Assembly (NCBI GenBank): GCA_044376115.1
Contig: JBILLK010000002.1
Coordinates: forward strand, 1-64,000
Direction of reading: 5' to 3'
Length of the DNA stretch: 64,000 bases
Origin: Polyangiaceae bacterium
GTDB taxonomy: Bacteria > Myxococcota_A > Polyangia > Polyangiales > Polyangiaceae
A program made the translations under genes and the position numbers. Below are positions 1 to 8,322 of the stretch, one piece after another. The first letter of the stretch is position 1. The number at the start of each line of letters is the position of its first letter. The notes beneath the pieces were generated by a model. It was not told the origin of the DNA. It was given only the letters and a program-made list of their open reading frames with translations, and did no database searches.

Positions 1-119
1 GGTCGTCGACCGTCTCCTCAAGGTCCTCGTCGCGGTACTCGGCTCGGCCCAGCCCTACGACCGCGCCAAACGACCTGTGCAAAACCTCGCGATCGCGGCT
101 TGACGAACGGTAGGGAGTC
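1..119 (+). mobile_element. Probable 3' end of an IS110-family transposase gene and element right end (partial)
   Basis: The frame from nt 2 reads VVDRLLKVLVAVLGSAQPYDRAKRPVQNLAIAA* (TGA 101-103), resembling IS110 transposase C-termini (xRLLxVLxAxL...YD). The stop overlaps TTGACG and is followed by GGTAGGGAGTC, similar to IS110 right ends. Confidence 0.55.
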
Positions 120-150
120 CGTGCCCGCTCTCCCTCTTCTCTCTTCTCGC

Positions 151-1683
151 CTACTTTTGTACTTCCCCCGTCTTCAAATCCAGCTTCAATTCCCGCAGGA
201 TCTCCGGCTCGGCGCACACCACCTGGGGCTTGGAGCCTTTCACTTCCTTCTCGATCAGCGCCGCGAGTTTCTTGGCGTCGTTGAAGGACGGTGCGAGGCC
301 GCTGAAGAATTTCTGGCCGTAATCTTTGGTGACCACGAAGCGTACGTCTTTGAACTCGGTGTGGCCTTTGAGGGCTTTGCGTGAGAGCGGGAAGTCGTAG
401 TCGTCGGGGGTTACCTTGGTGAAGCCGTAAAGCACGACCACGTTGGTCTTGCACTTCGGTCCACCGGCCTTCGGCGGCGCCTTCTTGGGCTTACCGCTCG
501 AGGCTGGAGCGCTGCTCGCGACCTTGACCGCGGTAGCTCCGTCGTTCGCTCGCTTGGTGCGGTGAAGCGCACCACCAGCGCTGATCCAAACCGTCCCATC
601 GCTCGCCACCGCCACATCGTCCACCGGCGCACCCACCGCAATTTCTTCGAACGCTCCGACCTTACCGGCGTACAGCTTGGCCTTGTCGTCGATCGCCCAC
701 AGCGTGCCGTCGGCGGCGAGCGCGCCCGCGGTAAAGCTATGCGTCGTGACCGCCTTCCACGCGCTGCCATCGAAGTGAAGCGCCGGGCTCGACAAGACCC
801 ACGCCTCGTTCGTCCCCGGCGCGGTGGCGATGTCCACGCCTTCGAAGCCAGCGCTCTCCACCTCGACCACGCTCGAGGTTTTGCTGCCCGCCGGCCACAG
901 CTCGACGGCGTACTTCTCGTTGCAACGCGCACCCAACGCAAACACGCTGCCCGCTCCGGTTGCACCGAAGGCCTGCGGCTCTAGATCGGTCGACCGGAGG
1001 TACGCGGCCTGCTCGGCATCCAGGCCCTTTTTGCAATCGGGGTTGATCGCTGTCAGCTTGCGACCCTCGAGGTTGCCACGCAGCGCGACGATATCCGAGC
1101 GCGTCCCGGGGAACGCCAAGGCCGGCATGCGCAGCGCGATCAGCGAGCTGCCCACGCTTGCGAGCCCACCAAACAGGCTGTTCTCCGACGCCTTCTTCAA
1201 CTCCCACTGTTTTTTGCCGAGCACCCAATGTTCGGCGCTGCCGGTGCGACCGTTGGTGCCGGTTGCCAACATGTCGATCTTGTCCGGCCAGCTGCCGTGA
1301 ACGCTGTGCACCAAGCTCATGTAGGCGGGTACACGCAAGCGTTCGGGGAAGGTGAGTTGGTCCCCTTCGATTACGCCTAACGGGATGTGGTACTCGCCCT
1401 CTTTGGGCTCCGGGTAGCCCTCGGCGAGCACCAAGGTCGCGCCTTGCACCGGGAAGAACTTAGCCTTGGCCGGCAGCGCGATCACGGCTTGAAACAGCGC
1501 TGGTTTGGCTGCCGGCGTCTTCTCGTTGGCAGCGACCGGTTGCACCGTGGTTGCCGCTTCAGCGCTTGTGAGCGCGCTCGGGCCAGCCGTCGCTGGCGCT
1601 CCGGTTTTCAGCTCGCTGCTCGGGGTAGAAGAACATGCGCAGACCAACGAAGCTGCAAGGCTCAGCGAGATGGAACGGTTCAT
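151..1683 (-). CDS. Hypothetical lipoprotein with beta-propeller-like repeats and a small C-terminal domain
   Basis: 510 aa ORF; lipobox-like LVCAC; propeller-type strands (ALAADGTLWA, VAVASDGTVWI); TAGCAT 8 nt upstream. Confidence 0.75.
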   Translation of the reverse strand: MNRSISLSLAASLVCACSSTPSSELKTGAPATAGPSALTSAEAATTVQPVAANEKTPAAKPALFQAVIALPAKAKFFPVQGATLVLAEGYPEPKEGEYHIPLGVIEGDQLTFPERLRVPAYMSLVHSVHGSWPDKIDMLATGTNGRTGSAEHWVLGKKQWELKKASENSLFGGLASVGSSLIALRMPALAFPGTRSDIVALRGNLEGRKLTAINPDCKKGLDAEQAAYLRSTDLEPQAFGATGAGSVFALGARCNEKYAVELWPAGSKTSSVVEVESAGFEGVDIATAPGTNEAWVLSSPALHFDGSAWKAVTTHSFTAGALAADGTLWAIDDKAKLYAGKVGAFEEIAVGAPVDDVAVASDGTVWISAGGALHRTKRANDGATAVKVASSAPASSGKPKKAPPKAGGPKCKTNVVVLYGFTKVTPDDYDFPLSRKALKGHTEFKDVRFVVTKDYGQKFFSGLAPSFNDAKKLAALIEKEVKGSKPQVVCAEPEILRELKLDLKTGEVQK

Positions 1684-1802
1684 GGTGGCGCATGCTACGC
1701 GCGGCGGAACCTGATCGCAGCCTTCTCGTGACGTTGCAGCGGAACCTGTGGCCCACGCGTGGGCTCACAACTTCCGCTGCCCCCCGTCCAACCGACGCTA
1801 GC

Positions 1803-2171
1803 TCAGGGCGCGCCGCCGGCGCCACCGGCGCCGCCCGTGCCGGGCACGCCGTAGGCCGGCGCCGCCGCCCCCGTGCCGCTGCCGCCACCACCGTCGGCTC
1901 CGCCTGCACCGCCTGCACCACCGTCGGCGCCGCCACCGCCTTCGGGCGCACTAGCGCCAGTGGCCGGCACACCGTACGCGGCGGAGAGTCCCCCTTCACC
2001 GCTGCTGCTGCTGCCGCTGTCACCGCAACCGGCGAGCACGGCCGCACCAAGCAGGATGGCCGCGGCTTGCGGGACCAGGCTGTGGACGTTGCGAGCCGAG
2101 CCGCAGTGTGGGCAAACCGACTCGTGAGACTTGAAGGGGCAAGAACATTGGGAGCAGGTAATGAGTGCCAT
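1803..2171 (-). CDS. Small Cys-rich/Gly-rich lipoprotein-like protein with two AYGVP motifs
   Basis: N-terminal CxxCxC...CPHC, hydrophobic stretch ending VLAGC, then AAYGVP and PAYGVP in a Gly-rich tail; TATCAT 8 nt upstream. Confidence 0.75.
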   Translation of the reverse strand: MALITCSQCSCPFKSHESVCPHCGSARNVHSLVPQAAAILLGAAVLAGCGDSGSSSSGEGGLSAAYGVPATGASAPEGGGGADGGAGGAGGADGGGGSGTGAAAPAYGVPGTGGAGGAGGAP

Positions 2172-2342
2172 GGTGCAAAATGATACGCGAAGATCTAGCG
2201 AAACAAGCGCTCAACCACCGGTGACGTGACGTCACCCCTCGTGCGACGCTACGCGCGAATGCATCTCGTGCCCCTGATTGGCTGTTCGCTCGGGTCGCTC
2301 CAAGCAGGCGGCAACGCGCCGCAGTCGCTGCTCCCGCTGGCC

Positions 2343-2585
2343 ATGTCCAAAGCCATCGAGCTGCTCAAAGAGCTCGTCGGCAAGATCCTCGACGAGATCG
2401 TCCCGTCCACCTCGGTCACCGTCAAACACCAGAACATCAAGCTCGAGACCGAGAAAGCCTCGATCGAAATCGACGGCGCCAACATCAAGATCGAGGCCGA
2501 AGGCGACATCACCCTCAGCGCCGACGGCAAGATCAAGATTGAGGGCTCAGCCGTCAGCATCTCGCCCAAGCCCACCACCGAGTGA
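2343..2585 (+). CDS. Small protein resembling VgrG/gp5 C-terminal beta-strand repeats
   Basis: 80 aa from ATG 2343; periodic IKLET/IEIDG/IKIEAEGDITLSADGKIKIEG pattern; stop overlaps the next start (TGATG). Confidence 0.6.
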   Translation: MSKAIELLKELVGKILDEIVPSTSVTVKHQNIKLETEKASIEIDGANIKIEAEGDITLSADGKIKIEGSAVSISPKPTTE

Positions 2586-3376
2586 TGACTTCACCGCTTC
2601 GTGCTATCGCGGCGTTTGCCGCACTATCGGCTTGTTCGGACTCAAGACCGACCGCCTCCAGCGCTGACCCTTGGAGTTCGGAGGTCGCAGAGCCGCTCCC
2701 TTCGACGATGCCGGAGCAATCAATCGCGGCTTTCGAGCCGTGCGACTACCTAGCCAACTTCTATGAAGATCAGCAGCAGCGTCGCGCCGAGTACGGAGCG
2801 CGGCCTTGGTTCTTCGTGCCGGCCGAGGCACGAGCTGTGAAGGTTCCCTCGGGGCTCGAGCTGATGGGTGTAACGCTTACGGTGCAGCGACCGTCCGATA
2901 TTCAGCTGGAGCCCGCGCAGCTAGAAGCCCATCGCCAATCCCCGCTGGAAGAACTGGGCTTTGGGCACAGTGTCTTGCGTTCGGTGTTTCCTGCTGCCGG
3001 CATCAAAGCGCTCAATTCGGTGAGGAAATACAGTGGTCCAGGTCTGGTGGTGTTCGCGCTGCGCGATCCACCCGCTACGATCGCCGGTCCGCTCGAGGCG
3101 ACGCTATTTCGCGCCGCTGAGGACTGGGCCTGTAGCGGGCCCGTGAATCCGCGTCGACGTGCCCATTGGCGAGCCGCTAAGCTCCGCGTCGACCCGCCGC
3201 TATGGGAGCTGGCCTCCGACGAACCCGTGTTTGGTGAGCGACCCGCAGTGTGGGTCAGCTTGGTTCCTGCGCAGGAGGGCTCAGTGGTGACCGCCTGCGT
3301 TAGCTCCCTTGAGTACAAACGCGCCTGTGCGGACTTTGGACTCAGCGTGCCGAAATCCGAGCTCGATCTGCGTTAG
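2585..3376 (+). CDS. Hypothetical lipoprotein, paralog 1
   Basis: Lipobox ALSAC; FEPCDYLANFYEDQQQRRAEY block shared with the next gene. Confidence 0.75.
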   Translation: MTSPLRAIAAFAALSACSDSRPTASSADPWSSEVAEPLPSTMPEQSIAAFEPCDYLANFYEDQQQRRAEYGARPWFFVPAEARAVKVPSGLELMGVTLTVQRPSDIQLEPAQLEAHRQSPLEELGFGHSVLRSVFPAAGIKALNSVRKYSGPGLVVFALRDPPATIAGPLEATLFRAAEDWACSGPVNPRRRAHWRAAKLRVDPPLWELASDEPVFGERPAVWVSLVPAQEGSVVTACVSSLEYKRACADFGLSVPKSELDLR

Positions 3377-3457
3377 GCTCGTCGTCTGAGTGGCAACCTT
3401 GCACCGTGGCTCTTGTACCCGGCCCACGAAGCGCCCCGAATGGTAGCGTGGTGGTCA

Positions 3458-4291
3458 ATGTCCCGCTGCTCCGTCCTTGGTGCACTCGCGCTCGCGGGTT
3501 GTTCGGAGGTCGCGCCACCAGCTCCCAGCTCCGCGGCTGCTTCGAGCCCGAAGATCGCGGTGTTGAAAATGACCGCCGACGTCCCCGATCCGGCCAGCAC
3601 GCCCGAGGTGGAGGGCTTCGAACCGTGCGAACACCTCTCCAACTTCTACGATGATCAGGAGCAACGGCGCGCCGAGTACCGCGCACGGCCCTCGCTGTTT
3701 GTTCCGGCCGAGGTTAGCGCGACCCGAACGCCCTCAGGCCTCGAGCTGATGGGCGTCAAGTTCGCGCTCTACGCCGAGGCCGAGGTCCAGCTGCAGCACG
3801 CCCAGCTCGAGGTCTATCGCAAGGTGCCCCCCGACCGTGAAGCGTTCGGGCAAGGCGTCTTGCGTTCGGTGTTACCGGCGGCCGGCCTCAAGGCCGTCGT
3901 TGACTTCGATCGCATTAGCCAGTCGGTGCATCTGGCGCTGTTCGCCCTGCGCGACCCTCCTTCGAAGATCGCTGGCCAACTCGAGACCACCCTCTTTCGC
4001 GCCGCCCAAGAGTGGGCCTGCAGCGGGGTCGAGAACAAGTACCACCGCGCTCAATGGCGTGCGGTCAAGCTCCCAGCGCCTTCCCCGGTTTGGGAGCTGG
4101 CGGCTTCGGAGTACAGCGGTTGTACAGGCTCAGAACAACCCGCTGTGTGGATCAGCCTAGCCCCCGCGCAGTCCGGCTCGCTACTAAGCGCGTGCATTGG
4201 CTACCTACATACGAAAGCCGAATGCGCGAAGCTTGGACTTGCGCTGCCGAAGTCCGAGCTCGACCCGAAGTGGGGTTACCGCACCAGGTGA
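3458..4291 (+). CDS. Hypothetical lipoprotein, paralog 2
   Basis: Lipobox ALAGC; colinear similarity with 2585-3376; start reassigned to ATG 3458, 8 nt after TAGCGT. Confidence 0.75.
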   Translation: MSRCSVLGALALAGCSEVAPPAPSSAAASSPKIAVLKMTADVPDPASTPEVEGFEPCEHLSNFYDDQEQRRAEYRARPSLFVPAEVSATRTPSGLELMGVKFALYAEAEVQLQHAQLEVYRKVPPDREAFGQGVLRSVLPAAGLKAVVDFDRISQSVHLALFALRDPPSKIAGQLETTLFRAAQEWACSGVENKYHRAQWRAVKLPAPSPVWELAASEYSGCTGSEQPAVWISLAPAQSGSLLSACIGYLHTKAECAKLGLALPKSELDPKWGYRTR

Positions 4292-4300
4292 GACGCTTCG

Positions 4301-5614
4301 TCACGCCGTTGGGTCTTCCACTCGGCCCATGAACAACACCGCCCCTGAGCGAAGGTCGCGGATCAAAAACAAGAACGGCCTGTCGGCGATGAACGTCACT
4401 TCCGGCTCGGCCGGCGCGCCCTCGTCGCCCATGATCACAGCCGAAGCCGCGGCCGCCTCGGTGCCCTTCTCATCGACGGCCACCATCGCCTTGTGCACGA
4501 CGTCGTGGATGTAGAGCGGCTCGGCGTTGCGCTCGCTTATGCCGCTGAAGTCGGCTTGTTCCTGGTCGAACGCGGAGGCCATGCCCAGCTCGGCGAGCGC
4601 GCTTTTGAGCGAGACCGGCTCTTGCGGTGAGAGCTTGAACTTCGGCAGGGCGACGCGGAGATACTGGGGCTTGAGCGCGCTCGTCCAGCGACCGAGCTGC
4701 TGCTGACTCAACGTCGCCTCGAGGTCGGCGAGCGAGCTGCCGGCCTTCGGCAGCACCAGCGTCATCGCAATGCGGTCGCCTTGGTACCCCAGCTGCAACA
4801 CTTGGTGCCCGTCCACGTTGGCGTAGGGCGCGCTGAGCTCGTTGTTCATCGTCGGCACCGAACGCGCCCCGGCCGGCGCGGCGAAGTTGGCTGAGCGCGT
4901 GTAGCCCTTGTCGAAGGGCATCGCCCAGTCGGCCAAGAAGTAGATGGCGTTCACGAGTACGAGCCGCGTATCGCCGGTGATGACGCCCGCCGGCAGCAGG
5001 TCCTTGATGTGCTTCTCGGTCTGCTGCTCGACCCATTCGTTGATCGTGCGTCGGGCCGCTTCGGGCTCTTGTCTGAAGCCGAGCGACGCCAGCGGCGCAC
5101 CAAAGCTTGCTCGGTTGCGCTCGAGAAAGTCCGCGCGGAAGGTGTAGTCCTTCTGGCCGAACAGGCGGTTGGCGATGCGCAGTTTGCCCGGGTTCTTCGG
5201 GTCTTGCAGCGCCGAGCTGAGCTTGGCCGCGCTGTCGACGGTCTCCTCCATCGAGCCCGTCAAATGCAGGGCGCGCTTCATCTCCGCGGCGGTCTCACGG
5301 GCCGCGCCGGCGTAGGTCATGGTCAAGGCGAAGCTGATGCTGGCCGGGGAGAGCGCGAGGTTGCCGGGCTTGCCGGCGATCTTGCGGTAGAGATCGATGC
5401 CCAGCGCATTGTTGCTGGCGGCTAGCTGCTTAGCGGTGTCCTCGGCGAGCGGAGCATGCTGCGGTTGCGGGCTGGTGGCGAGCGAGCCTTCTCCGGGCGA
5501 GCCTCCTCCAGGCGCCGGACTCTTAGGCGAAGTGGCCGGTGAATCGAGCTCGGCGCAACCCGAGAGACCAAGCGTGAGCGGAGCGACCCATTGAAGAAAC
5601 GAACGACGAAACAT
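4301..5614 (-). CDS. Serpin family protease inhibitor, lipoprotein with a twin-Arg-like signal
   Basis: NLALSPASI, LVNAIYF..W, hinge EKGTEAAAA and C-terminal FIADRPFLFLI motifs; N-terminus MFRRSFL...LSGC. Confidence 0.95.
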   Translation of the reverse strand: MFRRSFLQWVAPLTLGLSGCAELDSPATSPKSPAPGGGSPGEGSLATSPQPQHAPLAEDTAKQLAASNNALGIDLYRKIAGKPGNLALSPASISFALTMTYAGAARETAAEMKRALHLTGSMEETVDSAAKLSSALQDPKNPGKLRIANRLFGQKDYTFRADFLERNRASFGAPLASLGFRQEPEAARRTINEWVEQQTEKHIKDLLPAGVITGDTRLVLVNAIYFLADWAMPFDKGYTRSANFAAPAGARSVPTMNNELSAPYANVDGHQVLQLGYQGDRIAMTLVLPKAGSSLADLEATLSQQQLGRWTSALKPQYLRVALPKFKLSPQEPVSLKSALAELGMASAFDQEQADFSGISERNAEPLYIHDVVHKAMVAVDEKGTEAAAASAVIMGDEGAPAEPEVTFIADRPFLFLIRDLRSGAVLFMGRVEDPTA

Positions 5615-5689
5615 TAGGCAGGAGAACCTTTCGTGCGTGAGGGGTGCGCTCTTTGACGAACCCGTCCGCAAAAGGATCTTTCGCCTTGC

Positions 5690-8272
5690 TCAGTTCAGCG
5701 GATACGGGCTGATATCCGCCCAATTGGGGCCGACCTCGACGCCCACTCGCAGCGGTACCTCCAGCACAAACGCATCGCGCATCGTCGTCGCACAAAGCCG
5801 CGCGGCCTGCTCGAGCTCCTGCTCCGGCACTTCGAACAGCACCTCATCGAGGATCTGGAGCAGCGGCTTGGTTTCCAGCCCGGCCCGCCGCAGTGCGCGG
5901 TCCACCTCGAGCAGCGCGCGCCGCGAAACGTCGTTCACCGAGCCCTCGTGGGTCGCACGTTTGGCCAGCCGTTCGGCGTACGAACGCAACATCGGGTCTT
6001 GCGATTCCAGCCCACCGATCGGCCAGCGGCGGCCCGCCAACGTGATCACGTAACCGCGTTCGCGCACCAGGCGCAGTTGCTCTTCTTGGAACTCGCGTAC
6101 CTTGGCGTAACGGCGATAGAAGCGGGCGATGTACTCGCGCGCTTGTTCGGGCGTGAGGCCGAGCTGCAGCGAGAGCGCGCTCGCTCCTTGCCCGGCGAAG
6201 GTCGCAAAATTGACCACCTTGCCGATCTGCCGCTGCTCGTAGCTGAGCGATTCGGCCGGCAGCTCCAGCACCGCGCTTGCAGTCAAACGATGCAGATCGG
6301 CGCGTTCGCGCAGCGGCTCGCACAACGCTGGATCCTTCGTTAGGTGCGCCAACACGAACAGCCCCAGTTGGCTGAAGTCCACCGACATCAGCAGCTTGCC
6401 GGGGCTCGCGACGAACGCCCGTCGAATGCGCGCCATCTCCGGCGTGCGCCCCGGCACCCGCCCCAGATCCGGATTCGAATTGATCAGCTGCCCCGAGAAA
6501 GACCGCGCCAAATGAAAGCGCGAATGGATGCGCCCATCGCTGGCGATGAACTTGCGCAGCGCAATCAACCAACTGTCGCGTAGCCGCCGCAGCCCGCGCC
6601 AGCGGCTAACCAAAGGAACGATCGGGTGGGCGCCCTCGATGCGATCCAGCGCCTCTTGCGAGGTGCTCCAGCCTGTTTTCGTGTGACTCGCGATCGGCAG
6701 CTTGAGCTGTTCGAACAGCACCGTGCCCAGCTGTTTGGACGAGTTGATGTTGAAGCGGTGCCCGGCCAACTTCTCGATCTCGGCCTCGAGCGCGGCTTCG
6801 ATCGTGGCGAAGGCCTCTTCGGCTCGACCGAGTTCACTTTGATCGACCGCGAGCCCAGTCAGCTCCATACGCACCAGCGTCTCGCTCAGCTCGAGATACT
6901 CGGCCATCAGCGCCGGCTCGACCGACGTTTGCAGCCGCTCACGCAGCGCGGCCGAGGCCTCCGCACGCTGCCCGAGCACCGCCGCGCTGCGCTCCTCCGG
7001 CAACGTCTCCCAAGTTTTGCGCGCGCGCCCCACGCCGAGCACCGCGTCGTCTTCGGGTAGCGCGCGGCCGAGCACGTGTTTGGCCGTGGTCGAAAGATCA
7101 TGCGGCGCCCAATTGCTCGGCTCGCTCAAATGCGATGCACAGGCTGTATCGAACACCACGCCGCGCAACGTCAGCCCGATCGCGCGCAATGCGACGCTGG
7201 TACCGACGAGGTCGTGACCCGACTTCGGCTGGTTCGGGTCCTCGATCCAGCGCGCAAGCACGCCCCAAAGTCCGCCCCAGCTGCTGGGCTCGCCGGCAGG
7301 CGCTGCTTGCGCCCGGAGGCTCACCGTCTCGCTCGGGCCAGCCAGCGCGAAGCCGCTCAGTGCCGTATCCGGTGCAGCGCAGAGGGTTATCACCTGACCT
7401 TGATTGCGCGTGAGAAAGGCCTCTAACTCTGCGGGCCCAGCAAGCACGTTGGTCTGCACATTATCTTCTTCAGCTTTGTCAGCCTGCAGCAACTCGACAA
7501 AGCCGAGCGCGTCGTAGTGGGCATTGCGTTCGCTCGTCGGCTTGGGCGCATACTGCAGTTGCTCGAGAGGGACGGGCAGCGGCCGCGCTGTATCGAGCTT
7601 GGCGCGGGCGAGCTCGCCCGGGATCTCCGAGAGCGCGGCACGCACCACTTTGCCGAGCCGGCCCTCGAGCGAATCGATCTTTTCGATCGCTTGCGCGACG
7701 GTGCCGTAGGTCTCAAGCAGGGTGGTTGCGCCTTTCGCGCCGATGCCGCTTACGCCGGGTAGCTCGGCCAGGTCGCCCACCAGCGCCAACCACTCGGCTA
7801 CTTGCGCCGGCGGAACGTTGAAGCGCTTCTTGACGATCTCCGGCGTATAGCGCGCGTCTTTGTTGGCGTCGTACCACCACAATCGCTCGCTTACGAGCTG
7901 CGCATAACGCTTGTCCACGCCAACGATCACCACGTCATCCCCGTCGTTTAGCGCCGCGTGCGCGTAGCTCGCGACCAGCTGCACCTCCTCGGGCGCCTCG
8001 ACCACCGTGAGGCCCATCGTGCGCAGGAGGTCGGGCAGGGGAGCGAGCTGCTGCTTGAGCGGCTCCGGCCAGGCCAAGCTCGCAGCGCTACTGTCGACCA
8101 CTGCGACTGCACGATTGGGCGTCTTCCACGGCAAAACCCGGACGATCGCGCGGGCTACGGCGAACAGCGCATTGGCCGGCTGGCCCCCACGCGTCTTGCG
8201 GTCTGCCGGTATCACCAGAAAGCCACGAGCCAGGAGGTTGGTGGCGGAAACAACGAGCGTGCGGCCTTTCAT
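5690..8272 (-). CDS. Divergent DNA polymerase I (family A)-like protein
   Basis: 860 aa with PolA domain order: H3TH LPGVSGIGAK, thumb FNINSSKQLGTVLF, motif A DFSQLGLF, motif B RQIGKVVNF, motif C QILDE. Many non-canonical substitutions, so the polA symbol is withheld. Confidence 0.9.
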   Translation of the reverse strand: MKGRTLVVSATNLLARGFLVIPADRKTRGGQPANALFAVARAIVRVLPWKTPNRAVAVVDSSAASLAWPEPLKQQLAPLPDLLRTMGLTVVEAPEEVQLVASYAHAALNDGDDVVIVGVDKRYAQLVSERLWWYDANKDARYTPEIVKKRFNVPPAQVAEWLALVGDLAELPGVSGIGAKGATTLLETYGTVAQAIEKIDSLEGRLGKVVRAALSEIPGELARAKLDTARPLPVPLEQLQYAPKPTSERNAHYDALGFVELLQADKAEEDNVQTNVLAGPAELEAFLTRNQGQVITLCAAPDTALSGFALAGPSETVSLRAQAAPAGEPSSWGGLWGVLARWIEDPNQPKSGHDLVGTSVALRAIGLTLRGVVFDTACASHLSEPSNWAPHDLSTTAKHVLGRALPEDDAVLGVGRARKTWETLPEERSAAVLGQRAEASAALRERLQTSVEPALMAEYLELSETLVRMELTGLAVDQSELGRAEEAFATIEAALEAEIEKLAGHRFNINSSKQLGTVLFEQLKLPIASHTKTGWSTSQEALDRIEGAHPIVPLVSRWRGLRRLRDSWLIALRKFIASDGRIHSRFHLARSFSGQLINSNPDLGRVPGRTPEMARIRRAFVASPGKLLMSVDFSQLGLFVLAHLTKDPALCEPLRERADLHRLTASAVLELPAESLSYEQRQIGKVVNFATFAGQGASALSLQLGLTPEQAREYIARFYRRYAKVREFQEEQLRLVRERGYVITLAGRRWPIGGLESQDPMLRSYAERLAKRATHEGSVNDVSRRALLEVDRALRRAGLETKPLLQILDEVLFEVPEQELEQAARLCATTMRDAFVLEVPLRVGVEVGPNWADISPYPLN

Positions 8273-8322
8273 CGCGGAAGCGAGTGTAGGTGCGCACGCT
8301 CCTTCGTGGGGGCCGAGAGCGC

